This document shows positions 1 through 9,514 of a stretch of 64,000 nucleotides of DNA, in pieces; position 1 is the stretch's first letter; each line of letters starts with the position of its first letter. This DNA comes from Thermoplasmata archaeon (GTDB lineage: Archaea > Thermoplasmatota > Thermoplasmata > UBA10834). A program made the translations under genes and the position numbers. Under the pieces are notes generated by a model. The model did not search any database. It saw only the letters and a list, made by a program, of their open reading frames with translations, and was not told where the DNA came from. The stretch is taken from positions 27,265 through 91,264 of the forward strand of contig JAWCKF010000004.1 in the NCBI GenBank assembly GCA_038852315.1, in the 5' to 3' direction.

Positions 1-108
1 TCCGAGGATCAGAGGCTGACGGAGCCTGTGAAAGAGCACGACGATGACCGCCGCGATGGCTATCACGGTGGCCATGCTGAGGAGAAAGGCACTGTCGACG
101 TCCGTCAT
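1..108 (-). CDS. Cation:proton antiporter (CPA2/Kef type), N-terminal part; gene runs off the window start
   Basis: Hand translation from ATG at 108: MTDVDSAFLLSMATVIAIAAVIVVLFHRLRQPLILG. A hydrophobic helix followed by RLRQPxILG is typical of CPA2 N-termini. Not in the ORF track. Confidence 0.75.
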   Translation of the reverse strand, partial: MTDVDSAFLLSMATVIAIAAVIVVLFHRLRQPLILG

Positions 109-250
109 CCGCCTGCACCGTGCTGCGCTGGACCCTGCCCGCCTGAGCAGCGTCCCGGGGTTCCCTGGCCACACGCATGCAGTTCATCTTACTTAAGAGT
201 CATCATTGCGTGAAACATTGAAATGTGCGCAGGGCGTTGAAAGGCATGAA

Positions 251-1177
251 ATGGCCTCGATGCTCCTCACGTTCTCCAGGCCCACAAACGACCAGGTCAT
301 GCGCGCCAAGCTCTTCGGCGTGGGCAGCGCGGGCTGCAGCATCATAGAGAACTCCCGGTTTCCAACTGTGGCCTTCAGCACGTCCATCGATGATCTGGGT
401 AAGTCGCATGCACAGAGGAAGGTGCTCGTGGGTCCTGACCGCCTAGTGGGCGTGGCGCACGTACGTCACGGCATCATCAAACACCTGACCTCGGTGGTCG
501 GGCACGAGCTCCTGGACATCTTCAACAACACAGACCTGGCCTTTCTGATGTGTGGCCTGGGAGGCCTGACGGGCAGCCTCGGGTCTCAGGTGCTAGCAGA
601 GGTTTGTCGAGCGAAAGGCATACCTTGCATCGTCGTCGCAGCCACCCCTTTCTCCGTTGAGAGCATCCGTCGTCGGGAGACGGCCTCAAGGGCCATCGAG
701 AACCTGCTGAAGGCATCGATGCTGTGCCTCGTGTTCGACAACGACAAGCTCTCATCGCTGGCCCCGAACATGCCGCTGTCCAGGGTCTTTGCGGTCATGA
801 ACAGCATCATGATGAGACCTGTGCTTGATGTCATCTCATCGCTTCCCCGTTCCGAGCTGCCCTCCCTGAAGCAGGTGCTGGGCGATTCTAGCTATGCGAG
901 GTTCGGCCTGGGCCTGGGAAGAGGTGACGAACGTGTCGAGCGGGCGGTCATGGAGGCGATGGATTCCCCATGGTTCGATTTCCCCCTGTCAGAAGCAGAG
1001 GCGGCTCTGGTAGTGTACTCGTCTGCGGACCCGTGGGACAGGGAGGCTGAGAGGATTGTCGATCAGGTGAAAGCAAGGCTGCCAAACGCGCGCATCGCCT
1101 TCGGGTCGTATGCCGATACCACACTGAACGACAGGATACGGGTGAGCGTGGTGGTTGCGAGAGCGAGGCGGACGTAG
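251..1177 (+). CDS. Divergent FtsZ/tubulin-family protein
   Basis: KLFGVGSAG (T1-like), GLGGLTGSLG (altered tubulin signature), TPFSVE..RR, VFDNDKL, ARFGLG, AMDSPWFD and a C-terminal IRVSVVV follow the FtsZ layout. Start could be 206, 251 or 260. Confidence 0.8.
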   Translation: MASMLLTFSRPTNDQVMRAKLFGVGSAGCSIIENSRFPTVAFSTSIDDLGKSHAQRKVLVGPDRLVGVAHVRHGIIKHLTSVVGHELLDIFNNTDLAFLMCGLGGLTGSLGSQVLAEVCRAKGIPCIVVAATPFSVESIRRRETASRAIENLLKASMLCLVFDNDKLSSLAPNMPLSRVFAVMNSIMMRPVLDVISSLPRSELPSLKQVLGDSSYARFGLGLGRGDERVERAVMEAMDSPWFDFPLSEAEAALVVYSSADPWDREAERIVDQVKARLPNARIAFGSYADTTLNDRIRVSVVVARARRT

Positions 1178-1186
1178 AGCCGCAAA

Positions 1187-1981
1187 TCACTTCGGCTTGC
1201 CCGCGAGGAGCTCAAGCGCCTCCTCCTCGAGGAAGTGCAGCCTTCCAGGCACGACCAGCGTGTGCAGCGGCGCTCCGTAGTCCTCGTCGATTAGCTTCTC
1301 CAGCGGTCCAGCCCTGGCAAGGCAGTCGGGCGAGCCGGCACGGGCTACCACACATACAAGGGTCGTCGGCAGCAGGACCTTTCTGCCGACGCGGCGCTCC
1401 ATCTCCAAGAGTTCTCGAAGGCCCTCGTTCGCCGTCATGTAGGCCTTTCTGTCGGCATCGATGTCCAGGAGGACAAGCGTGTGCAATCCCCGGGAGAGGT
1501 TCTCGGCGATGACGTCGTACGGGCTGGTGGGGGCGTATCCTGGGCGGGGGAACGGCACAGTCGTCGCCCTTCCGAACTTGTAATGCTGCAGCCCCAGCAC
1601 GCCGGGGACAGCTGTGAGCGCCGACGAACCATGAATGATGTGGGTCGGTATCCCACTTCGCACACATCTCAACCTTAGGTCCACGTGAGTCGTGGCGGTC
1701 ATGGGGTCGCCCGCCACCAACAGCACGCATTTCCGGCTCCTGCAGGCTTCCAAGATGACCTTGCCGTCCTCGACGGAGGTCCTGTCCAGAAGCACGAAGG
1801 TCTTTCCGGCGCGCTCTGCTAGTCTCTCGAGGGCGCCGGCGACCAGGGTCGAGGTGTAAGCCTCTGCGAACACCACATCAGCCCTCTCGACCGCCTCGAG
1901 CCCACGTAGGGAGATGCCGAAGTCGTCGTGCAATCCGAGGCCGACGAAGGTTAGCGACCCCTTCTCGGGCTGTTCAGGCAT
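1187..1981 (-). CDS. dph5: Diphthine synthase
   Basis: LTFVGLGL, EAYTS, GDPMTATTH, YKFGRATT and HTLVLLDI motifs. Confidence 0.95.
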   Translation of the reverse strand: MPEQPEKGSLTFVGLGLHDDFGISLRGLEAVERADVVFAEAYTSTLVAGALERLAERAGKTFVLLDRTSVEDGKVILEACRSRKCVLLVAGDPMTATTHVDLRLRCVRSGIPTHIIHGSSALTAVPGVLGLQHYKFGRATTVPFPRPGYAPTSPYDVIAENLSRGLHTLVLLDIDADRKAYMTANEGLRELLEMERRVGRKVLLPTTLVCVVARAGSPDCLARAGPLEKLIDEDYGAPLHTLVVPGRLHFLEEEALELLAGKPK

Positions 1982-2074
1982 GACTCACTGAATGGCCAAG
2001 ACTGTAGATTAGCCTTGTCAGGCACTCCATCGCTCCGATTCGGTTATCTCGGAGTAATGAGATTTCCCAGCAGA

Positions 2075-3079
2075 ATGGACTCGCTCTGTGTCGTCGTACC
2101 AAAGAAGAAGGCAGAGCCGATAAGGCGGAAACTGCTCGAGAAGGGCATACTGAGGCGGGACCTTCAAATCAGGTCGGACGCGAAGAACGTGTACCTCCCC
2201 GTGACCCAGAGGGTTGATCTGGGCTATCCGGTGGAGACAGCGTCATTCAAGGAGATTGAGGGTAGGGTCACGGATTACAGGGCCCTTGTCGACATCCCCG
2301 ACGGGCTTAGGCCACTGCTGCCCTCATCGTTCGACGTGTTGGGCTCGATAGCCATCGTGAAGATGGCCGACGAGGTGGTCCCCTACGCGAAAGAGGTGGG
2401 CAGGGCTATCATGGCCGCTCAGAAGAGCATAAGAACCGTCTGCGTGGACTCCGGTGTGTCTGACCGGTTCCGGACGAGGAAAGTCAAGGTCGTTGCTGGT
2501 GAGAAAACCACGCAGACGATGCACCGGGAGTACGGCCTGGTCTTCAAGGTGGACGTGGCAAAAGCCTTCTTCTCGCCCAGGCTCGCCACAGAGCGGGACA
2601 TCGTCGCCAAGCAGGTGAGGCCGGGCGAGGTGGTGATAGACATGTTCGCGGGCGTAGGGCCGTTCTCCATCATGATAGCCAAGACCCGCTCTCCGAAGGT
2701 CGTCTATGCGATAGACATCAATCCTGACGCAGTCGAATCGATGAAGGAGAACATATCGTTGAACAAGGTAACCACCGTCGTGCCAGTCCTCGGCGACGCG
2801 CGGGAGATCCTTCCCGGGCTTGAGAAGGCCGACAGGATCATCATGAACCTGCCACACAACGCGGGCGAGTACATCGCTGACGCCATCAGGGCGCTGAAGC
2901 CAGGGGGCTTCGTCCACTACTACGAGATAATGGAGGATGCGGTCGTGGAGCGTCGGCTGGGGGAGCTCGCGGACACCGCCGTCAGGGAGGGTAGGGTCCT
3001 CAAAGTCCTTGCGCGGCGCCGTGTCAAGAGCTACTCCCCGACGCTGACCTTCTACGCTTTCGATTTCCAGTTACTCTAG
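2075..3079 (+). CDS. trm5: tRNA (guanine-37-N1)-methyltransferase, Trm5/Met-10+ family
   Basis: SFDVLGSIA, HREYG, FFSPRL..ER, DMFAGVGPF and IIMNLP motifs; N-terminal D1 domain present. Start may be further upstream. Confidence 0.85.
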   Translation: MDSLCVVVPKKKAEPIRRKLLEKGILRRDLQIRSDAKNVYLPVTQRVDLGYPVETASFKEIEGRVTDYRALVDIPDGLRPLLPSSFDVLGSIAIVKMADEVVPYAKEVGRAIMAAQKSIRTVCVDSGVSDRFRTRKVKVVAGEKTTQTMHREYGLVFKVDVAKAFFSPRLATERDIVAKQVRPGEVVIDMFAGVGPFSIMIAKTRSPKVVYAIDINPDAVESMKENISLNKVTTVVPVLGDAREILPGLEKADRIIMNLPHNAGEYIADAIRALKPGGFVHYYEIMEDAVVERRLGELADTAVREGRVLKVLARRRVKSYSPTLTFYAFDFQLL

Positions 3080-3101
3080 CTGCTTTGGCGGCAGGCAGGG
3101 C

Positions 3102-3581
3102 TCACTTCAATGGCTCGAGAGTGATGCCTCTCTGCCCCTGATAGTTCCCGGAGCGGTTGCCGTAGCCCTTCTCCGATGGTGTGCGAAGGGGGATGAAGAC
3201 GACTTGGGCGAAGCTCTCCCCCACCCGGACCTCGACGGGCTCCTGCGAAGCATTGAGAGCAGAAAAGGTCAAGTTTCCTACGAATCCAGCATCTATTATT
3301 CCGAAAGAGGACACTATGCCCTTGCGGGCCCACGAGGTCCTGATCCATATCTGCCCCGCGAGGTCGTGGGGCATCGAGATGACCTCCTTGGTGCCTATGA
3401 GGAACCTTGTGCCGCCTCCCACGACTGCCATGCCTGACGACACCTTCTCACCCGTGGAGGGGATAAGGATGAGCCCTATCGTCACGTCGTACCCGTTGGG
3501 GGTGAGGTTGGCCTCCTCGAACCCCTCTATCTTGAGCGAACCATCGGACAGCCTGCTCAGTATGTCTGAATCGGATAGCAT
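3102..3581 (-). CDS. dcd: dCTP deaminase (trimeric dUTPase family)
   Basis: MLSDSDI, PNGYDV, RTSWARKG, IDAGFVG and YQGQRG motifs. Confidence 0.85.
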   Translation of the reverse strand: MLSDSDILSRLSDGSLKIEGFEEANLTPNGYDVTIGLILIPSTGEKVSSGMAVVGGGTRFLIGTKEVISMPHDLAGQIWIRTSWARKGIVSSFGIIDAGFVGNLTFSALNASQEPVEVRVGESFAQVVFIPLRTPSEKGYGNRSGNYQGQRGITLEPLK

Positions 3582-3599
3582 GTCCAGGCGGACCCCCGG

Positions 3600-4181
3600 T
3601 CAGCGTTTGCTCCCATTGCGCTTCCGTTTCGTTTGAGCCCTCGGTTCAGCAGCCCCCTCCAAGGCCAAGAGCCGCGCCCCTTCATGTACGAGAGCTTCCA
3701 GCCTCTTGAAGGCCCTCGGCCACTTCTCCTCGAGCTCGACCTTGAAGGCATCTGAGAGGGCCTCTGGGCCCTCCAGCTGTATCTTCCCGAACCCTCTCTC
3801 AGCAAGATGGACGTTCACCGCCTCCACCGACTGCGCTATCCTGTCCCACGTGATGAGCTGTCCTATCCCTTCGATTTCCTTCGCGAGAACGTCGACCCGC
3901 TCGGCCCCGAGCTTTGCCAGGAGGCGAGTATACAGGCCTGCGAGGTCGCCTGCCGCCTTCATCGCGGCCTTCCTGACTTTCTCCGTGTATCTGTCGAGCT
4001 CTTCGTCGTCCATCTGCGCCAGTTTCCTCGGCGAAGAGGCCATCGAGCGTCTCGCCTCGGAGACGAGTGCGGGCGCGAGCTCCGTCTCGATGCCCCTGAT
4101 TATCACGATGCCGTGACGCGCGACGTCCGACCTCGCCTCCGTGAGGTCGCGATCGAGCGCTAGATCGAGCTGAGTGCTCAT
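3600..4181 (-). CDS. Hypothetical alpha-helical protein
   Basis: ATG at 4181 directly after the peptidase stop with GTGAGTGGGAG upstream; typical codon usage; no recognisable motif. Confidence 0.65.
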   Translation of the reverse strand: MSTQLDLALDRDLTEARSDVARHGIVIIRGIETELAPALVSEARRSMASSPRKLAQMDDEELDRYTEKVRKAAMKAAGDLAGLYTRLLAKLGAERVDVLAKEIEGIGQLITWDRIAQSVEAVNVHLAERGFGKIQLEGPEALSDAFKVELEEKWPRAFKRLEALVHEGARLLALEGAAEPRAQTKRKRNGSKR

Positions 4182-4192
4182 CGCTCTCCCAC

Positions 4193-5314
4193 TCACAAAG
4201 CCGTCAGGGAGTCCACCGTCTTCCTGTCCAGCTTCCTTACCACCTCGACGACAAGCTTGATGGTGTTCTCGATGTCGGTTAGGGAACACATCCCCACATG
4301 GGAGTGGATGTGCCTGGTGGGCACGCCCAACACCACGCTCGGGCAGCCCGCGTTCGATATGTGTATGACGCCGGCGTCCGTGCCGCCCCTTGCGATCTGC
4401 GACAGCTGGTAAGGTATCTTCTTCTCCTCGGCTGTCTTGATCACGAGCTCCACAAGCTGCTGGTTGGGTATCATTGAGGAATCGTAAGTCGTCACCGAAG
4501 GTCCGAGGCCCATCTTCGTGGGCGCCTCGTTCGGCTCTATACCCGGCACGTCACCTGCTATGTCGACCTCGAGCGTCAGGCAGACGTCGGGCTTGACGAT
4601 GAACGCGGTCGTCCTGGCCCCCCTGAGCCCGACCTCCTCCTGTGTCGTCGCTGCCCCTATGACCGTGTTCGGATGGGCGATCTTCTTCTCGGCCAGCATC
4701 CGGACAGCTTCTGCGGCGATGAACGCACCTGTCCTGTCGTCGAACGCCTTGCCTATTGCTATGGTGTCCGAGCCCTTCTTCTTGCCGTCTTTGTAGACCG
4801 TCTTGGTCATGGTTGAGAACTGTGAGTCCGGCATGACTGGGTTGCCTATCCTGACGCCCATGGCCTTCGCCTCGTCCTCGTTCGAAGCCCCGATGTCTAT
4901 GAACATCTTCTCCTTGGTCACGACCTTCTCCCTCTCGCTGGGGGGCAGGAGGTGGGGCGGCTTCGCTGCGATTATCCCTGGTATAAGGCCCTTCTCCGTT
5001 TTCACCTTCACGCGCTGGCCCAACAGAACCTGGTCGAACCATCCTCCGAGTGGGTTGAATGTGAGGAACCCGTTCTTGTTTATGGATGAGACGATGAACC
5101 CGACTTCATCCACGTGGCCCGGCAGGAGCACGACGGGGCTGTCCGACTTGCCCTTCTTCCTGAACATGAGCGAGCCGAGCTTGTCGGTGTACACCTCGTC
5201 AGCGAACCGCTCCACGTATCCCTTGACTATCCTCGCCGGTTCTCTCTCGAAGCCGGACGGCCCGAAGCTGTTGACCAGCTCTTCCAAGAACTTGATCGAT
5301 CGTTCGTCCATCAT
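4193..5314 (-). CDS. M42 family (TET-like) aminopeptidase
   Basis: GPSGFE, GHVDEVG, GKAFDDR, QEEVGLRGA, GGTDAG and RHIHS motifs. Confidence 0.95.
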   Translation of the reverse strand: MMDERSIKFLEELVNSFGPSGFEREPARIVKGYVERFADEVYTDKLGSLMFRKKGKSDSPVVLLPGHVDEVGFIVSSINKNGFLTFNPLGGWFDQVLLGQRVKVKTEKGLIPGIIAAKPPHLLPPSEREKVVTKEKMFIDIGASNEDEAKAMGVRIGNPVMPDSQFSTMTKTVYKDGKKKGSDTIAIGKAFDDRTGAFIAAEAVRMLAEKKIAHPNTVIGAATTQEEVGLRGARTTAFIVKPDVCLTLEVDIAGDVPGIEPNEAPTKMGLGPSVTTYDSSMIPNQQLVELVIKTAEEKKIPYQLSQIARGGTDAGVIHISNAGCPSVVLGVPTRHIHSHVGMCSLTDIENTIKLVVEVVRKLDRKTVDSLTAL

Positions 5315-5436
5315 CCAAAGCGCCCCGTTTCGAAGCAACACGTTGAGCATAGATAATGGTTGCTGTGGGCCATCGGACCGAGAGCGAGGAACAAGATTCA
5401 AGCTTCCGCGTTGTGATTACACCATGGGATGCGCTC

Positions 5437-5925
5437 TTGAGACCGTCTACGCACATTCTCGTCGGGGCCGCGGTCGGCGCGTTCGTGGGCTCGGCGACGG
5501 GCGCGAACCCCCTTGAGCTCCTCATCATCGGCGCAGCAGCTGCGATCATGCCGGACCTCGATGTCCTCACCAGGCTCGCCGGTAGGAGGCCGCACAGGTC
5601 AGCCATCCTGCACAGCCTGTTAGGAGCATCTGTCATAACGCTCGGCTGGGCGGTCCTCTACTCCGTTGTCCGGCTCGACCCGACAAGCGCCTTCGAAACC
5701 GTCCCAGCCCTTCGGTCTGTCCTCGTGGTGTTCGTCGCTTCCTTTCTTCATCCCGCTGTTGACGCGCTCACTAGCGAGGGATGCGCTTTATGGTATCCTC
5801 TGTCAGCAAAACCCATCAGAGGACGGCTGAACAACACTGACGCCCGCTCCAACCTCGCCATCTTACTCGCAGCCGTGTGTGTGACGCTCTTCGCGCTCAT
5901 CGTCGAGATACACGAGCTGTTCTAG
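5437..5925 (+). CDS. Membrane-bound metal-dependent hydrolase (YdjM/DUF457-like)
   Basis: TH..G, PDLD, HRSAILHS, H..VDALT..G..LWYP motifs; TTG start at 5437 inferred. Confidence 0.8.
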   Translation: MRPSTHILVGAAVGAFVGSATGANPLELLIIGAAAAIMPDLDVLTRLAGRRPHRSAILHSLLGASVITLGWAVLYSVVRLDPTSAFETVPALRSVLVVFVASFLHPAVDALTSEGCALWYPLSAKPIRGRLNNTDARSNLAILLAAVCVTLFALIVEIHELF

Positions 5926-5992
5926 CTCACGTCCGATGGGGATAGGTATAAATCCGGATAATCGATACTCGGCAGAGTGAGGAGGGCCAGCC

Positions 5993-6376
5993 ATGTCCGT
6001 AGTTCTGCCGGACCTCAGGTACACTAAGGACCACGAGTGGGTGAGAGTCGAAGGGAACTTGGCGCGAATCGGGATAACCGACCATGCGCAGACCGAGCTG
6101 ACAGAAATCGTCTTCGTCGAGCTGCCGAGCCAGGGGAAGGAGGTCAAGGCAGGCGACGTCCTCGGGAACGTGGAGTCTGTGAAGACCGTCTCAGAGGTGT
6201 TCTCGCCAGTGTCGGGGACGGTCGTCGAATCCAACGGGAAGCTGGTCGACTCCCCCGAGCTTCTGAACAAGGACCCGTACGGCCAGGGCTGGATCGCCTT
6301 GCTGGAGATGAGCAACCCCTCTGAGCTGGATTCGCTCATGGACGCTGAAGCGTACAAGAGGCTCCTGGGCGAGTGA
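5993..6376 (+). CDS. gcvH: Glycine cleavage system H protein
   Basis: YTKDHEWV, GITDHAQ, lipoyl-lysine VESVKT, DPYGQGW; SD GTGAGGAGG; TATA-like TATAAA at about 5947. Confidence 0.95.
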   Translation: MSVVLPDLRYTKDHEWVRVEGNLARIGITDHAQTELTEIVFVELPSQGKEVKAGDVLGNVESVKTVSEVFSPVSGTVVESNGKLVDSPELLNKDPYGQGWIALLEMSNPSELDSLMDAEAYKRLLGE

Positions 6377-6426
6377 GCGTCTAATGCTGATTCCGCCTTG
6401 TACCGTCAAGAGAGGAGGGCGTTGAG

Positions 6427-6942
6427 TTGGCTGTGAAGAACGTCATCTCGAGCGAGGAAGCTGAGGATGTGTTCTCGGGCTTCCCGGTGGTCCTCGCCAC
6501 AGTCTCAGCGGAGAGGGACAACATCATCACGCTCGCAATGTGTCACGTGTTCTCCTTCCGGCCACCTTTGCTCGGCATAGGCGTGGCCCCGCGTCGCTAC
6601 AGCTACGGCCTCCTCAAGGCGAGCAAGGACTTCGCGGTGAACATACCCTCAAAGGAGATGCTCAGGGCGGTCCAGATATGCGGGACCAGGTCGGGGAGGA
6701 GCACTGATAAGTTCGAGGCGGCCGGCCTGACGAGGGAGAAGGCCGACAGGATATCCGCACCCCTGATCGCTGAATGCCCTGTGAACATCGAGTGCGTGAA
6801 GGTCAAAGAGGTGGACGCGGGCGACCACACTTGGTTCATAGGTGAGATCGTCGCCGCTCGCGCCGCCCCATCATACGACAGGTACAGGGACATGTTGCTG
6901 TACTGGGGCGAGTACAGGACGATAGGGCAGCCTGTGAGGTAA
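6427..6942 (+). CDS. Flavin reductase-like protein (flavoredoxin family)
   Basis: FAVNIP, CGTRSGR..DKF, APLIAECP..IEC and GDHTWFIGEI motifs. Confidence 0.9.
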   Translation: MAVKNVISSEEAEDVFSGFPVVLATVSAERDNIITLAMCHVFSFRPPLLGIGVAPRRYSYGLLKASKDFAVNIPSKEMLRAVQICGTRSGRSTDKFEAAGLTREKADRISAPLIAECPVNIECVKVKEVDAGDHTWFIGEIVAARAAPSYDRYRDMLLYWGEYRTIGQPVR

Positions 6943-6946
6943 GGCT

Positions 6947-7450
6947 ATGGATGTCGTCGAAGCAATCAGATCGAGGAGGAGTATCAGGAGGTACTCGGAA
7001 AGGCAGATCCCGCCTGATGTCATGAGCGAGCTCCTGGAGTCGATGAGGCTCGCGCCATCGTCCAACAACAGGCAGGCATGGGCTGTCGTCGTCGTGACTG
7101 AGCCGAGGCTCAAGTCTGAGCTCGTGAACGCCTCCGGCAACCAGGCTTTCGTGGGAGAGTGCGGAGCCTACCTGGTGGGCGTGACGGATCCCGGGGCGTA
7201 CTATTCCGCGGTCGACCTCACGATAGCCCTCGACCACCTGTCGCTCCGGGCGGTCGAGCTGGGACTGGGCACGTGCTGGGTCGGCGACTTCGACCCAGAG
7301 AGAATAAAGGGCATGCTCGGGATACCGAAGGATCGTGAGGTCGCAGTCTGCATGACCCTTGGGTACCCTGCAGAATCGCCGAGAGCGCGCAGTCGGAAGC
7401 CTTTGAGCGAGCTCTTCCACAAGGACAGATGGGGCACACCTTGGCGGTAG
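6947..7450 (+). CDS. Nitroreductase family protein
   Basis: RRSIRRY, APSSNNRQAW, GLGTCWVG, LGYP and RKPLSE motifs. Confidence 0.93.
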   Translation: MDVVEAIRSRRSIRRYSERQIPPDVMSELLESMRLAPSSNNRQAWAVVVVTEPRLKSELVNASGNQAFVGECGAYLVGVTDPGAYYSAVDLTIALDHLSLRAVELGLGTCWVGDFDPERIKGMLGIPKDREVAVCMTLGYPAESPRARSRKPLSELFHKDRWGTPWR

Positions 7451-7570
7451 GCGGATGTGCCGCTGCGGTCCGCGCGGTGCGTCACAGTCCTGACTGGGAA
7501 TTTATAAATCCCCCGAGGCTCTTCTCGTGAGGGGGCAGCCCAGCAGCGGTCGGCCCCTGGGGGCATCAGC

Positions 7571-9514
7571 GTGTATGTGTTCAGCACCTGCCCGAGGGAC
7601 TGCTACGACACCTGCTCGATGGTGACGCGCGTCAGGAACGGAAGGCTGCACTCCGTCGAGGCAAACGAGAAGCAACCATTCACACAGGGTTTCCTCTGCC
7701 CGAAGGGCCAGAACTTCTCAAGGTACGTGTACTCCAAACAGAGGGTCCTGCATCCGATGAGGCGCGTCGGGAGGAAAGGAGAGGGGAAGTTCGAGAGGAT
7801 ATCCTGGGACGAAGCACTCAGCACGATCGCCAAGGAGATAAGGGAGCGCTCCTCCGAGCACGGCCCAGAATCGATACTGCAGTACGACTACGCTGGGACG
7901 ACAGGACTCATACAGCGCCACTTCCCAAGCAGGTTCTTCAACGCCATAGGGGCGTCGAGGATATCCCACACGATCTGCTCGAGGGCGGGGGAGAAAGCGC
8001 TCCAGATACTCTACGGATCCAGCCTGGGAATGCTCCCCGATGAGATCGAGGATTGCAGGCTCATAGTTGTCTGGGGCATGAACCCCGCATGGAGCTCTCC
8101 GCACGGGTTCCAGATCATCAAGAAGGCACAGAAGAAGGGTGCCAAGGTCTACGTGATTGATCCCATCCGCACGGAGACGGCGGCGATAGGAAAGCACCTG
8201 CAGATACGTCCTAACACTGACGCTGCCATGGCACTGGGTTGCGTTAACCACATAATCGCGAACAAGCTCTACAATGAGGAGTTCGTGGCCGCGAACACCA
8301 CGGGCTTCGAGAGGCTTGTTGAGGTCTCCAAGAAGTGGGACCTGAACGCGATGTCGCGGATCACAGGGCTGAAGACGAGGGAGATGGAGAACTTCATCGC
8401 CGACTACGTCTCCCTCCGGCCGAGCTGCATAATGATAGGCTACGGGATACAGAGGCAGAGGAACGGCGGCGAGATGGTGAGGGCGATAGCGACCCTCCCG
8501 GCGCTGATAGGTGAGAACAGGGGTTTCTTCTACTCCACCGACCTGGGCGACTTCGACATGGACTACCTCGAGGGGACCAAGCTAACATCGAGGAAGAAGG
8601 TATACCACAACATGGTCGACCTCGGGAGGACTCTGGAGGCCGGCAAGATCAAGTTCATCTTCGTCTACAACTCCAACCCTCTCGCGACCCTGCCCAACCA
8701 GAACCTCGTCCGGAAGGGCTTCTCGAAGGAGGACATCTTCGTGGTGGTGCACGACCTGTTCATGACCGACACCGCCGATTACGCGGACATCGTACTGCCA
8801 GCCACCAGCTTCTTCGAGCACATGGACATACACGTCTCCTATTTTCACCAGTACCTCTCCCTCAACGAGAAGGCCCTGGAGCCCCTCGGCGAGGCGAAGT
8901 GCAACAGCGACCTCTTCAGGGCGCTCGCCTCGGCGATGAAGCTATCTTCGAGGGAGCTGTTCGAGGACGACGAGAGGATCGCCCGCACGCTGATCGAGAA
9001 GAGCAAGGGAGTGGAGGGGTCGTTCGAAGACTTGAAGAAGAAGGGCTTCGTGAAGCTCAAGGTGCCGAACAGGCGCATCTACCGGACGCCGACTAAGAAG
9101 ATCGAGCTGTACTCCGCTGCCGCGGCCCAGGAGGGCCTCGGAGGCCTCCCATCGCACGTGGACGTCGAGCGACAGCTCCCTTACCAGCTGCTGTCGCCGG
9201 TGCACCAGCTGCTGGTGAGGTCTGAGTACCACCAGATGCACCCGGAGATCAAGCCTGTCGTGTACATGAACCCGAAGGACATCTCGGACGAGGAGCTGGA
9301 GGAGGGCGGCACGGTCACACTCGCCAACGAGTTCGGCGAATGGACGGCGGCGCTGGAATCCTCTGACGCCGTCCCTCGGGGCGTGCTGCTCACCTACTCG
9401 GCCTTGTGGCCGAAGCTCTCGGGAGGCGCGAACGTCAACTTCCTCACGACGGACTTCGTCCAGAGGTACGGGGGTAACTCGGCCTTCAACTCCACATTCG
9501 TCAGGATAGCCTAG
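7571..9514 (+). CDS. Molybdopterin-dependent oxidoreductase (DMSO reductase superfamily), substrate unknown
   Basis: N-terminal CPRDCYDTC...LCPKG Fe-S motif, FERISWDEAL, TIC, WGMNP, TDTADYADIVLPA and a C-terminal MGD-binding domain; TATA TTTATAA at 7501. Confidence 0.9.
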   Translation: MYVFSTCPRDCYDTCSMVTRVRNGRLHSVEANEKQPFTQGFLCPKGQNFSRYVYSKQRVLHPMRRVGRKGEGKFERISWDEALSTIAKEIRERSSEHGPESILQYDYAGTTGLIQRHFPSRFFNAIGASRISHTICSRAGEKALQILYGSSLGMLPDEIEDCRLIVVWGMNPAWSSPHGFQIIKKAQKKGAKVYVIDPIRTETAAIGKHLQIRPNTDAAMALGCVNHIIANKLYNEEFVAANTTGFERLVEVSKKWDLNAMSRITGLKTREMENFIADYVSLRPSCIMIGYGIQRQRNGGEMVRAIATLPALIGENRGFFYSTDLGDFDMDYLEGTKLTSRKKVYHNMVDLGRTLEAGKIKFIFVYNSNPLATLPNQNLVRKGFSKEDIFVVVHDLFMTDTADYADIVLPATSFFEHMDIHVSYFHQYLSLNEKALEPLGEAKCNSDLFRALASAMKLSSRELFEDDERIARTLIEKSKGVEGSFEDLKKKGFVKLKVPNRRIYRTPTKKIELYSAAAAQEGLGGLPSHVDVERQLPYQLLSPVHQLLVRSEYHQMHPEIKPVVYMNPKDISDEELEEGGTVTLANEFGEWTAALESSDAVPRGVLLTYSALWPKLSGGANVNFLTTDFVQRYGGNSAFNSTFVRIA

